DNA of 64,000 nt from Octopus vulgaris (Eukaryota). The stretch is from NCBI GenBank assembly GCA_951406725.2, contig OX597822.1, positions 49,910,001 through 49,974,000 of the forward strand. Reading direction: 5' to 3'. Both the position numbers and the translations under genes were made by a program. How positions within the stretch are numbered: position 1 is the stretch's first letter; each line of letters starts with the position of its first letter. Below are positions 13,540 through 27,340 of this stretch, piece by piece. The notes below the pieces were generated by a model. It saw only the letters and a program-made list of their open reading frames with translations, searched no databases and was not told where the DNA came from.

Positions 13540-15204
13540 CAGCTATCAGTGAGTGAAGTACTTCTGTTCTGCGGAAACAGTTGTAGTTAAATGCTTCTCC
13601 GATGTAAAAGGCAGAAGACAGAAAAAAAAAGCATATACATTTATATTAAAATAATAAAAACGCGAGCGATTTCATGTTTATCATTACCGTAATAGAGATT
13701 TATGCTTGCATTAAATTATATTAGTATACAATTCGTTCTGATGGTTACAAATATTATTGAGAAGGGAAAATGTTTGTGATGAAAAAAAACTATGAAATAC
13801 AGCACAAATCAAAATTGTATTTATTCCTCATTCTCATTTTAATAATAACCCTCTAATGTTAGAATATTTCTAAAAGAAAAAAAACACTAGAATATAAAGA
13901 ACCATGGTCATTGTTTCCTGCATTAAACACAGCGATCATCTTTTAGATGCAGAGGCGGAATAGCTAGCTCATTGGAATTGATACATTTCTCTATTCGCAA
14001 CCGTTCCATTTAAAGATGATATTTCAACTGTGTTGATAAATATATCATCCCGGACTGGTCTAGTCGATTGTTCATGTATGCTGGAGGAACCTCGAAGTTG
14101 CGACTTGACCAACTATATACCTTCAGTGATTTGTATATCACTGTCCTTTTCCTATCTACATTTGTTAAGTCAACTAGAAGAGTTAATTTAAGGTCGTGAC
14201 CTTCCTTTCCAAAAGCTTGTCACTTTCTTTCAGCTTTCTTGGTTCATCTTAACTTCCAAAACTTCTACTTCTATGCCTCTGCCAGTTGCAGCCGCATAAC
14301 GGTGGCTATTTGCTAGTTCGGTTTCCATTATGCTTCCTTTCGCCGGTTCTCCCTTAATTGGGAAGAAGAAACACAATTCAACAACAACTCGTTAGAGAAA
14401 ACAGCAATTTCAACAAGGAACAAAACGTTGTACACCCACGAGGGGAAACCTTTAAGAATTATAACAATATCACACCGATGTAAACGGAATCGTACAGATT
14501 TTTAAAAATACTGTCACAAAAAAAAAAAAAAATTCGCCGATTGACCATACTGTCTGTGTCAACCCTTTTGTTTCCTTCAAAATTTATATATTTTTCGCTG
14601 TGTGTAGTACTATGTTACTTCAAATCCTACTTCGGAATTTCTAATATTTTCTCTGCGATTTTTTCTTCAGCGTCTTTTTTTAACTACGTGAGCTACGAAT
14701 CCCCATCGTCACTGATATGTCCTATTATAACGTCGTATTTCGTTGTCTCTGCGGGACTGGTCCGAATGGCATATTTTCGCCGATTGACCTTACTGACTGA
14801 GTCTGTTCACTATGTATTAGTAATGAACCAGCCCACTTCTCAACTGAGGGCTTCCGCCAAAACAATAAACAATACTAATTTAGATACATGGTTTCAAAAG
14901 ATTTGCTCGGGGGTGATAACAAACTAGAAGATTAAGTATTTCTTTTCGGCATGGCTGGCAACGTCGTTACCAGCAATATTGATATGAAACTTTGTGGGTT
15001 GATTGAAATTTTCCTGATAGGTTAAATATAAAAAGTGCTTGACAATGTTTCCAAGTGATCTTGAACAAAATTAGAACCGGAAGATATTCATAAACAATTT
15101 CCAAACTTTACTGTGGACAAATTGATGGCATATGTCTAATTGCAATTGGGAAAAAGAGAACCATGTTTGATCGTTAAATCTGTTTTAAGCATTCTGAAAT
15201 ATGA

Positions 15205-15405
15205 ACTCTTTTACTCTTTTATTTGTTTCAGTCCTTTGCCTGTGACCATGCTGGAGCACCGCCTTTAGTCGAGCAAATCGACCCCAGGACTTATTCTTTG
15301 TAAGCCTAGTACTCATTCTATCGGTCTCTTTTGCCGAACCGCTAAGTGACGGGGACGTAAACACACCAGCATCGGTTGCCAAACGATGTTGGGGGTCAAA
15401 AACAG

Positions 15406-15460
<55 letters not shown>

Positions 15461-15636
15461 TATACATATATACGACGGGCTTCTTTCAGTTTCCGCCTAC
15501 CAAATCCACTCACAAGGCTTTGGTCGGCCCGAGGCTATAGTAGAAGACACTTGCTCAAGGTGCCAATCAGTGGGACTGAACCCGGAGCCATGTGGTTTGT
15601 AAGCAAGCTACTTACCACACAGCCACTCCTACGTCT
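15205..15636 (-). mobile_element. tRNA-derived CORE-like SINE (family A), full length
   Basis: Colinear and highly similar to 3161-3559; A-box-like TGGCTGTGTGG and B-box-like GGTTCAGTCCC on the minus strand; longer internal (CA)n(TA)n. Confidence 0.9.
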
Positions 15637-17349
15637 AGGAAGTAGTGTATTTTTAAATTCTAGTTTTCAATAACTCAACAGATACCAATATTAAAATTTG
15701 CCAAACAATTATCAATTAAAATATAATATTTATATAACTGGTGTACATGTTTTATAGAGAAAATAGAAATGAAACAAAACAACAGAACTCCGGCAATAGA
15801 ATACCTTACCCGTAATGAATTAAGGTATTCCGTCAAAAAGATGAACATAAAGGAGGTATATAAAAGCAAAGCATTAACTAGGAACACATGGAATTGGCGC
15901 GAACACTCCGAAAAGCTTACTTCATGATAATGAGTGTATGGCTTCAGTAATTATGATTTCGGCAGTGTCATCAAATATATTTACCAAGTACGAACATTGC
16001 AGATTAACGATTGTCATAGTACAGGTTATATAATAGGTAGCGAGCAGGGAATTAAACAATGTACGATGAAAGTGGATTCGTCGAAAGCGATGCAGATAAA
16101 ATACCAGATCATGCAATTTAATACGGCGTTGAAAATATTTTTCTCGGATAACTGATTCATACCTACAAAAATTGGTAGAAAACTTAACCGTAAGTTAAAG
16201 TACGAAAATAGTACAACAGTTCGGGAGAGATACAGGCAACAAACTTATGAGCGTTCTTTCATTTGTCAGCCATAATAATATCATGGAATTATAATATGCT
16301 TATAATATCATATATAGCTACTGAATTTAACAAAGTGGTTAAATTACATATGCTATTAGTACATTTGAAGTTCATTGCTTCATAATGACCAAACTGCTGT
16401 CTGCGAGACTTTATATCAATGGTTAGTTGAGAATAAATATTCTCTAGTTAAGATTTATGGTTAGACCCCATACATTATACTTTCTATTGATAAAATGTTA
16501 TTTAGAGACACACAAATAAATAAACAATGTAGTAGAAATACCCATAATTTATTTAGAAAGAAAAATAAAACAGAACTTCAATACCACAATCCCATCTTAT
16601 AATCTTGATTCCTTGAATACTAAAAACATTTTTACATAAACCATTGCATACGTGGATCTGTGAAAGATGTTTTGATAATGTGGGCAAAGTAAACATCATA
16701 GATACCAAAAGACTGATAAATGCTGAAAAACTGAAATATCATCTACTGCATCGATATATGTAATTAATATAAATAGAACATAAAATATAACGATTAATGC
16801 TTCACAAAAGCTAGAAGAAAAAAGTTTGTTTTAAATGGGTAACTTAATATTAATACAACAAGTAAAACGAATATTTCATCTCTTAACGAACTGTCAGATT
16901 CCATAGAGATATAGATTTATGGATTGATAAATACTCTGTATTTGAACTAAACAAAAACGTTGATAAGTCAGGTATTATGAGGTCACGATGCATCAGATTA
17001 TGAGAAAGTAGTTCTTGCAATACGACCCATACTGAGAAAAATAAATAATATGAAATTTATATATTTTAGAGTGCCAAATATTAGTTGTTTTAAAGCAATA
17101 ATACGATCACTGATGTATAATAGGTATTCAAAAGCAATATAAAGAGAATTTGCTATAAATGGGAATCGCTCCCTTTTAATATTCAGATGCGGCTGTAACA
17201 TCCCAGTGATAATGAAAGCACTTAAATTATTGAAATACTGAATAAATATATATTTGCAACACTGGTTAATATTCTAAGTGTGATGAACTTATTATTCCTA
17301 ATTTTATATATAATGCAGAAACACTCATACGCACGCATATATCTATGTT

Positions 17350-17397
<48 letters not shown>

Positions 17398-18199
17398 TGT
17401 GTGTGTGCCACATCATACTTCATTTATGTACACCATTGAGAGGTATAAGACTGACGTTTTGTTTCAGTTTAAATTATTTCATGGACACGATATAATTAAA
17501 GCACAATATATATTGGAGCGAGATGAACAAACACACGAAGCAGCCCGCGGGAACACCAGCAGCGTTTTGCCCTTCTTTGAGACGTAGCAATGATGTGTGC
17601 TCTGCGTTCATATGATAGACGAAATCTGTTGCTTGCGATATATGACTGCAGGATACACGTTATTGACGAGTTCCAAGAAATGGGAATAGCGTCTGGCTCT
17701 TCCGTAGTTTGCTGGAAGTGTGTTCATCTCATTGCAAGTTACATTGTAATTTTAATAAGTCTATGAAGAGATTTCCACTGGGGTAAAATCTACAGCTTCG
17801 CGTCTGTCTGTGCTGTATAGACCTTGTCGTTTATAAAAATAACGTTTATAGTTTAATGATTCAATTGTGCATATGTACACACACACACACACACACACCC
17901 TTACATGCACACAGGGATACACTCACAGACAGAAACACACGCACACACAGACACACACGCACGCACAGGAACATAGTTTTTGTCTTAGTGACTGCTATAA
18001 ATCATACTATTCTGGCTTATTTAATTATGTCTTTTATTTTAGAAATCTCCACCTGGAGTTAATCTGTTTTCCGCAACACTAATCCAGAAATGCTCTCAAT
18101 TTGCTTTGTGTGGCACGTAAAATCACTTACCCAAAATATCTGCGAATATTTTAAATGTCAAGGAAGTGAATAAAAAAAGCTCGTTTCTTGGGTGCAGCT

Positions 18200-19120
18200 T
18201 AATTTAAGTTCTTCGTAGGATTATTCTTAGCGGTCAACTTTTCTCCGATCTTCCCTGAAATTTCCGTACAAAAGTCCCACCTAATTTTTTCATTTGTTCT
18301 CCTTCAGTGCTGCCTCTTACATTGTGCTTGCTATTCCCCTCTCTCTCTCTTTGAAAGGGATAGATTCAAAGTCCGGTGGGTAACACTCCTTTGTCCTTAT
18401 TATGTACATTTTTATTTGAATCTCTTTTCCGGGCATTTAATCCTGAGCACAACATACATGTTGCTGAATGTTAGAAACGTTAACTTTATGTCATCCTGTG
18501 GAGAGGTAATTTCTTCGCGTATATTATAAGCTTGTTATCTCTATCTTTCTGTTCTCTCCATTCTCTATTTCACTGTTCCTCCAAATTGACTTGTTCCTCT
18601 AACACTCTCCGATTGGTTGTACTTTCGGAACTGCTGTCTCATCGATCAGCTGCTGTTAGCTACTCAATTTCTTTTACAGCGTTACTGGATTCTTGTATAT
18701 AGAAACTCCTTCAAAAGCCGTTTACTCGCACAAGTTTATCGTATGGGCTCCCATTTCTGCACCACCGACTAGTTCCATCATTCGAGTTTCTGCATACCCG
18801 ATCTGGAGTAACTGTTGAATGGTTTTGTAGCTATAATTAGTTACCTGGGTAGCAAATTCATATCGACCCTCCACTTGTGATTGCACTTCGTCCCATCTTC
18901 ACATGCCAACCGCCCATATAGCAACAAACAGATGACAAAGAATCAGAATTCAATGTTGTTGGCAAGACCTCTGAATGTAGCTCATTTTATGTTGGTCACT
19001 GTACTATGGAACTTACTTGTGGGAGGATTTATATTTCATTATGTCTTTCTTGCCGCTTCCACACGTTTTCAAATCACCCTCTTCAGGAGGCAAAGGCATA
19101 AGTTTCTTCCTGCTTTCAAT
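18200..19120 (-). mobile_element. Possible highly decayed non-LTR retrotransposon ORF (R4-like N-terminal region)
   Basis: Purine-rich, coding-like minus strand with scattered peptide pieces and many stops; no diagnostic motif intact. Confidence 0.25.
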
Positions 19121-19612
19121 TGAAGTAACTTTTCGGATAAAGTGATAGTGTTAAACATATCTCTTTATTATGTATGGAATACACATTTTGCGAAGCTGTA
19201 TGCTATTGAATCATCAAACTGCTCTCATTCACATTAAAAAACAAACATGAATACTTCATTAATTTGCAGTTTCAAAATACTGCTTTGGTTTGTTATGGCA
19301 TATTTTTGTCCAAATTCATCTTAATTTTGTTAGTGTGCGTGTTTCGGAGTAGCTGTCAAGACTTTCAGTTGTTTACCGTTTGTCTAGCGCTATTTCGTTT
19401 TGAGTGTTAGATACCATGACGAAAGTGAAAGGAAAAACTATTCTGCCCATTTTACGTGAAATATAACTTAATCAAAAGCTGCCCGCTTTCTTTGAAACAA
19501 TCCAATCGAGCTGATTCAGGCAAATTTATCCAATGAGGAAAAACAAATCTCGAAATGTAATCGCGATACAAAAGAGTGTTGAAACACGTCTTGTCACGTT
19601 ACAAATGAAATC

Positions 19613-19616
<4 letters not shown>

Positions 19617-19644
<28 letters not shown>

Positions 19645-19659
19645 GTAGTAATAATAATG

Positions 19660-19732
<73 letters not shown>

Positions 19733-19748
19733 TAATAATAATAATAAT
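19617..19748. repeat. (AAT)n microsatellite
   Basis: Direct reading. Confidence 0.95.
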
Positions 19749-19997
19749 CAGAAGAAGAAGAAAGAGGAGAGTGGGAGGAGGAGGAGAGAAATGTAACACA
19801 ATTAACAACAAAAACAACAATGAGATCAATAAAAGTAAGAATTTATTTCAAAGTAGATAGCCGATATTGTTGACATCAGTACATGACTGGTACCTTATTT
19901 TATCGAAAGGAAATGAGGAAAAAGCAAATTTGATAGCCGTGTTATTCATAATTAAAATGCAATACAATGATATACTGTTAATATCACAGAACTGAAA

Positions 19998-20213
19998 GGC
20001 CGCGAGCTGGCAGAATCATTAGCCCGCCGGAGAAAATGGTTAGCAACTTTTCGTCCATCTTTACTTTTTGAGTTAAAATGCCGCCTTGGTCGACTTTGCC
20101 TTTCGTCTTTTTCGGGGTCGATAAAACAACTATCAGTTAAGCACAGAGGTTGATATAATCGACTTATAGCAACTCCCATAATTTCTGACCTTATGGCAAA
20201 ATTTGAATCCAAT
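19998..20213 (+). mobile_element. SINE family B, diverged full-length copy
   Basis: ggccgcgagctggcagaatcattagc...gagttaaaatgccgcc...gtcgactttgcctttc...ggggtcgataaa. Confidence 0.85.
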
Positions 20214-21483
20214 ATGACAAGACTGTTAAATGTCAAATGGTATGCGCAATAATCAATATTGCAGATTTTCTATATCGTCTATTTTCAGATTTAACAAGTC
20301 TTGTGTCTTGAAAATAAGTTTTGTTTGCTTTTGCAATAAAATATAATAATGAATAAAAGCTAAAAAAAAAACAAATATCGACTGAAATATTTGTTGTAAA
20401 GAATTTGTTATCAAATCACATTTGGCCTTCTTTCCATGAGGATATGACAAACGATTGAAACAAGAATATTATAAATTTCATTATATTTGTATTTGTAATA
20501 AGGGAATTGCCTCCATAATTATGGCAACGTCTTAATGCCACACGATATTTACTAAAATAACTTCGATACGAAATTCTATGAATTTTATAGATATAATGAC
20601 TGATTCTGGTTCTACAATGTAAATTGGTACATTAGCAAAAAGTAATCTTGTTATATTATAGAAGTTCATTATGTAAATGTTTCAGCAGAAATTTTAATAT
20701 CTCTAGAAAAGAAAAGAATGAGATCTTGTCTGGAAAGTGACTTAATTTGAAATATGTGTTTAATATTAATGTAATCAGTTATATTAAAGCAACAGTCGCC
20801 ATATTTCATGAAAGCATAGATGTCATGAGTTCCAGTTTTATTCGCACCGCATGGCATCTCGGACAAATAACTGTTCATCATAGCTTCTGCTTTGGCACAA
20901 GCCTTAATGAGGAAAATGAGTAGAAGAAAACTACATGGAAACCCGTCTTATGGATATCGTACCGAATATATAGATTTTTCCTCGATATGCACTCTGATTG
21001 CTACAAAGGCTAATTTTCGCCCTAGACATACCTGTGAATATTCGTTAAGTGCACTGTAATTCAGCTTTTATATTCATATCCAGATTAAAAATCGTATTTA
21101 TACCAATAATAAATGGGGCCCTTGGTTTTGCGAGTTCATGCGGTAGTGAAAATTTGGATAAATTAAGGCTTTAACAAAAGAAACCAGCCACCTAATTTGC
21201 ACATTAGAAATATAATCTGTAAGTGGAATAGTAGAAGTGTTCAAGACATTTTCATGGTTAAAATACGAATATTTTCTTATAATAAATATTTTAAAAACAA
21301 AGTTTTGTTTGTTTGCTAGAAAGAAGATTGCAGATAATTAAAAACAAAAAAGTGTATCCATCCATCCAACCATGCATACATACATACAGCCATATATTCA
21401 TACACAAATACATACATTCATACATAAATACATACATACATACACGCGTACTATGTACATATATAAGTGTTATATGAATTATA

Positions 21484-21600
21484 CACTGCCTGGAATCGAA
21501 TTCGGAATCTTGGGGTTAGTAGCCTACTCTCTTAACCATTACGCCATATGCCTGTGGGCTACTCAACCCAAGATTCCGAGTGAACTTCCAGGCAGTGATA

Positions 21601-21694
<94 letters not shown>

Positions 21695-21800
21695 CAATAT
21701 CATCGGAAATATAACTTAGGAATGAGACCCCAGGTTCAAAATTGCCCCGGAACAATAAACAAGATGAGGGCAAATATCCATCAAACGTAAATAATATAAA
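21484..21800 (+). mobile_element. tRNA-headed repeat with inverted 5' duplication and internal (AAT)n
   Basis: Minus strand 21552-21484 has A-box TGGCGTAATGG and B-box-like GAATTCGATTCC; its 3' part is repeated in opposite orientation at 21556-21597, then (AAT)n at 21603-21692. Confidence 0.65.
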
Positions 21801-22000
21801 TCCTGAAAGATACAATGTCACCAGACTGTGCACAGTAACCATTATCAGTAATAGTTGTGTTCTTTTTAATTTATTTATAAATAACATTACACTATTTACT
21901 ATATATATATTGGCCTGCGTTATTCGAAGGCTAAAACAATGCGAACGCATTGTGACCAGCGATGTGTAACAACATCCGATGGTCTGGTCGGTCACGTGAT

Positions 22001-22006
<6 letters not shown>

Positions 22007-22042
<36 letters not shown>

Positions 22043-22130
22043 CATATATATATGTATATATATGTATATATATACATACATATATATACATGCATATATA
22101 TACATACATATATGTATATGTATACATACA

Positions 22131-22164
<34 letters not shown>

Positions 22165-22231
22165 CATACATATAAACATATACATACATATATATATATA
22201 TCTACATACATATACATACATATAAACATAC

Positions 22232-22263
<32 letters not shown>

Positions 22264-22294
22264 ATACATATACATACATATATATATACATACA

Positions 22295-22340
<46 letters not shown>
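22007..22340. repeat. Long compound (TA)n/(TACA)n microsatellite
   Basis: Direct reading. Confidence 0.95.
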
Positions 22341-22341
<1 letters not shown>

Positions 22342-22930
22342 GTAACGTATGTATATGTGCATGTACACTTGCATTATTCACGTATGATCTCAAGTACGGA
22401 ATAAACAATATTACTTTCACGAAGAACAATTTTCTTAAGACGAACATCAAGGAAATTGCTTCGATTACTTTGCTATTTTCATTTTTAAACAATATATATA
22501 GTCGTAAGATGTCTTTCGGGATTTACACTCCAATCGTATACTTTAAGTGTTCACTATGGAATGTTGTATCTCATTAATCTTTTTCATTTTATTTATAGGA
22601 ATATTTCTTTCATATCTTTTTACTTTCCATCATTTTGAACCGTTCCATTTGGTGAATCCAATTTACATTAATACAGAAGGTGGGATACTTAAGTATATGT
22701 AAATTTACCATTGGTTTATGTACATCCTTCCATAGATATATTTCTTCATGTAATAACATGAGCATGTATTTTTCATTTATGCCTATGTATATATATTTCA
22801 TCTGTATACAGTTATATCTCCCTGAACCTCCATACAAATACATACATGCATGTATACATATATACAGGCAGGCACACACACAGACACGCACACACAGACA
22901 CACACAAACACACACGTGTATATATATATA

Positions 22931-23145
22931 ACGGGAAGCTTTATGAAAATAAACAAAAGACGAAGGCAGGTGGTATACAAACAAACAATTGTATTAGTAT
23001 GGCGCTCAGGAATATAAATAAAACAAGTCTTTTACGTTTCGAGCCTACGCTCTTCAACAGAAAGATACACAGAAAAGAAAAACGCAGAGAAACAAGGAGA
23101 GAAAAAAAATGCATGCAGAAGCTAGCGAATTAACATGGCGATCTA
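22931..23145 (-). mobile_element. About 210-bp interspersed element flanked by TA tracts and carrying a hammerhead-like fold (copy 1)
   Basis: Homologous to 33440-33645 over its length (aaagacgaaggcaggtggt, gtattagtat..cgctcagg, ttttacgtttcgagcctacgctcttc, caaggagagaaa). Confidence 0.8.
23028..23065 (-). ncRNA. Variant minimal hammerhead ribozyme candidate (A6U core)
   Basis: Minus strand UCUUU-CUGUUGA-A-GAGC-GUAG-GCUC-GAAA-CG-UA-AAAGA: stem I 5 bp, stem II 4 bp, palindromic ACGU in place of stem III. Confidence 0.6.
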
Positions 23146-23166
23146 TACATACATACATATATATTC

Positions 23167-23208
<42 letters not shown>

Positions 23209-24969
23209 GAATGTGAACACCAAAGGGTTAAAGGTTCACTACAACTGATTGAGATCCAATCTTTATTGCGATTACATCATGTAAAAAAAAACAACTTTTT
23301 TCTTCAGGTGAATGAAAAATTTAAAGCTTGGTTCGGAGAAATAATATCAAGATATGAAATTTGTTGGGACTCTCTCATTTCGCCCCAAAAATGAGAGATT
23401 GAAGACATACCGAAGTTTAGCCAGATTTCGAATGTCTGTGGATCATAAAACAATCAACGGACAATATCACATTAAATGATCTCTTAACATATTTTTGTCC
23501 TTATTTTATATAAATATCACACCTCGAATTTTCCCTATATTGGATGTTGAACCGCATACCAGTGTGCATACGTATAAAAAGTAACTGCATTCCGGTTTGC
23601 ACAGTAATAACATATCATGTACATATATATCTTATATATATATGTGTGTATATTTGTGCGTGCATGTACATGTAACTTTATCAATATGTCCGTATACGCA
23701 CGGGTATACATGAATGTGGTTGTATATGGTATATACACAGATATGCAGATCTGACGTCATCAGCAGTATGGATATAAGTGCGACTGGATTTAGTTCAGGA
23801 CTTCCTGCGTGTCCGGGATGCGTATAACATATGAGTGACAGAGAAATATACAAAATGGAATGCGCGAGATACTTTATTAATAAATACGATCATTTCGATA
23901 TATCTTTCATCGTTCTCTCGTGGTTGACATTCTTGACGATTAGTTTTAGTGCATCATTCAGTGCAGATATGCCTCATTAAGTGATTTCTGAAAAGGTGAC
24001 ACTTTTCTTAATCTCCATTTCGCGCATTTCGATTATAATACATCTTCGTATTTCTCTGTACCTGGTGGCATACAGGAAAAAGCAGGAACTACACACACAC
24101 TCACACACACGCACACACACACACACGCACGCACGCACACACACACACACATAGGTGTACATGTGTGTGTATGTGTTTGGCTAAACTAAAATGATCGTGG
24201 AGAAGCAAACACGAGTATAGTTAGTTATTATCTATTTCAGTTCTCAGATTACATACACGCACAAATACATACGCGTTAACTGTCACCTACATACGGGTAC
24301 ACACGCATACACATACAGGTACGTATAAAAAAATTGATACACGAATATGCGTGTATATATGCATATAAATACATTCAGACTCACACACTTACGCACACAT
24401 TTATACCATATGTACACACACATTGTACTTACTTGCACGACATACAGATATATAGAGATATATTAAATTTTCGCTAATAAAAAATTGACAGTGACTACGA
24501 ATTTGTCGCTTGCTTGCCTTCTAGAAATGTACTGAGAAATTTTTCGGTTTAATCTAAAATTGTTTCGACAGAGAAACAAACATTAATACACAAATACACA
24601 CGAACAGATATGTATATAGTTTTTAACGGCTGGACTCTTAAGTATACGAATGGATAAATAATAGTATATAAACATTGGGTTACAAGAAACCGTTGGACGG
24701 AAAATTCGAAGGATGCATTTGGGAGGCAGTTCCATATTTTCTGTCAACATTAAAAATGTCCTACCATTAAAGTAGCATAATGATGGAACTCTAGTCTTGT
24801 GCACACTTACAAAACACATACACACACACTCATAGACACAAGAATGTATATATAGCATTAATGTTTGTGCTTATGCCAAGTTTATCGATAAAACATTAGT
24901 TTAAAGTGAAGGTTCACTGAATGCGTTTTGGAGTACATGCTTATTTTACTATTGCTTGCTTGTTTCCAT

Positions 24970-24980
24970 GAGAGAGAGAA

Positions 24981-25021
<41 letters not shown>

Positions 25022-25069
25022 TAGACAGAGAAGAAAACGAGAGAGGAAGGGACGGAGAAATAGACAGAG

Positions 25070-25126
<57 letters not shown>
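24970..25126. repeat. (GA)n-rich microsatellite
   Basis: Direct reading. Confidence 0.95.
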
Positions 25127-25130
<4 letters not shown>

Positions 25131-26654
25131 TGTGTGGTAAAATACTCGTATTTTATAAAAAACTTTTCATCAAAAAGGCAGACGCCCAGCAATTTTGTAG
25201 AGAGTTGGTGACTAGACATTTTGAACTTAGTATTTGACTGGCACAATAATTCATTGGTTGCAGAGTAATAAAAGGTAAGATTATCACGGCAAAATTTGAA
25301 AGGGTCTCATTAAATTCAAGTTGTTTTTATTTCAACGATTTTCTTCTACATTGCCGCTCTACATTCCAGAAAAGAGCAGTTCAACATTTCCTGTGAGTGA
25401 GACACTACTTTATTGAGACTGCGAGATACATTGGCTATTATAGTCCTTGATCGGTTTTACTGGAAAGATGGTGGCTATCTTTGTCATTGATAGATACGAT
25501 AAATTTCTACTGAAAATGAATCTATACAAAAATCTACAAGCAACTACAGAATGAAGGTAAGGCGAAATAGATTGCTTTCTAGTCCTACTATGATCATAAC
25601 TCAGAAAACATGCATATAAGAAATATAATATGAAAATATTCAATGATATTACCCTCACACTGGCTAATGACACATGTTTATAATTTTAAATCCAAATGGT
25701 ATTACTCAGCCTCCATTTTTCAAAATTGAAGTTCGATTATGCGGCAACTAGGATATCATCAGGTATGGAGTTAAGGGAAAGAGTAAAGTAGACGCATTAG
25801 AAACCCTGGAACATATTTTTCCAGTCATCTTGTCAATGTTTATGACATCCTTGTAAAAGGCAAATGTATGGGTTGGTCTTATTTATAGATATTAAATAAT
25901 GATTGGTCACTGTAACCTGACTATATTCATTATCTCATTGTAATTCAGCAATATATTTTACTCCTTGCTTATGTAAATAGTTTGAAAATTTATGGACGGA
26001 ACAGCATATCTTCTATTAATTCGACTAATATGTCGCCGTTACAAATAAGACCAAAGTTATTTTTTTCATCCTTCCTTTCCTTTTTCCTTGTTCTTCCCAC
26101 TTACTATCGCTCGAATGATAAAGAATTTCTTTTAACACGATTCGAATAGATTGGATTTCACATCACTAGGCCTGTTGGTGATGCTTTGCTTTCATCAAAG
26201 ACAACATAACTACGACTAATTAGTAATATAAACCGGTATGAACGTGCCTGCATGCAACAGAAGCAATATAACTTACTGAATTGGTGTAAGTAGAATCTGT
26301 ACTAGTCTACGTATTCCTATTTCACGTGAAGAACGTTACTCAATGCAGATTTTAATATCTAACTCTCATATGTTTTTTTTTTTATCAATTTATAGAAAGC
26401 TGGCCTAGAGGGCGAGAAGAATCAACACATTAAAAGCGTATACTATTTTCTTATTTACCTTCCGAAAGCCTAAGGTTGCAGTGTACACTAATAATTCAAA
26501 GCAAACTATTGATTAAGGAGAAAAAATAGAAAATGTAACGAAAGTAAACTAGATCATATAATGAACGATGTAAATGTCTGCGAAACGCGAAAAGTAAAAA
26601 TTTGAGGATATTTAACAGGATTATTTTCGATCGTTACTCTACTTTAAATTCTCC

Positions 26655-27340
26655 ACTATCACCGTTACCATCATTATCATCATTATTATCATAGCAAGCG
26701 GTATCATCATCGTTGCTACTATCAATGTGATTGTAGACTTCTGTATTGGCATCGTCACTGACTATCACCTACCGTATTCAATCTATACTTTTCTATTCCA
26801 TCTCTTTCTCTGCCACCACCATTAGCAATTCCATTGTATCATCGCTATCGTCATCTCATTCAGCATCACTAGCATCAGTATTCATCAATATTATTAGTGT
26901 ATTCATCATTCTTATCAACTTTAGCATTCACTTAACCCTCAACATTATCGTAATCTTGATGATAAAGCATCATGATCATGGACATAATTATTATTTATAT
27001 TCCCTGCTAGCAGCAACAGATAAGCATCGTCGGTGTCGTCGTGATCATCATCGTGATCATCATCATCGTCACCATCATCATCGTCACCATCATCATCGTC
27101 ATCATCATCGTCATCATCATCATCATCATCACCATCATCATCGTCGTGGTCGTCGTCCTCGCCGTCGTCGTCGTCGTCATCATCATCAGCTTTATCACAA
27201 TCACCAGTATCACAAGATCCTTAAAATCTCAACCATCATTACACTCACCGTCATCCGTCATTTTCCTCGTCGTTGTCGTCATAATCACCAACTCGCCCTC
27301 CACGATCGTTATTTCCTTCCTTGTGGTCATCATCATTCTC
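26655..27340. repeat. (CAT)/(CGT)/(CAC) low-complexity trinucleotide region
   Basis: Purest at 27025-27190; source of the His/Ile/Met-rich pseudo-ORFs. Confidence 0.9.

Noticed and set aside
13540-13590. gaaacagttgta resembling a hammerhead 3' half next to a TA tract
   Set aside because: No CUGANGA-type core or convincing stems upstream.
21484-21552. Functional tRNA gene
   Set aside because: A/B boxes present but no full cloverleaf or acceptor stem; behaves as a repeat head.
21516-22492. Long YI/CV-rich ORFs here and at the other TA/CA tracts
   Set aside because: Microsatellite read-through, not genes.
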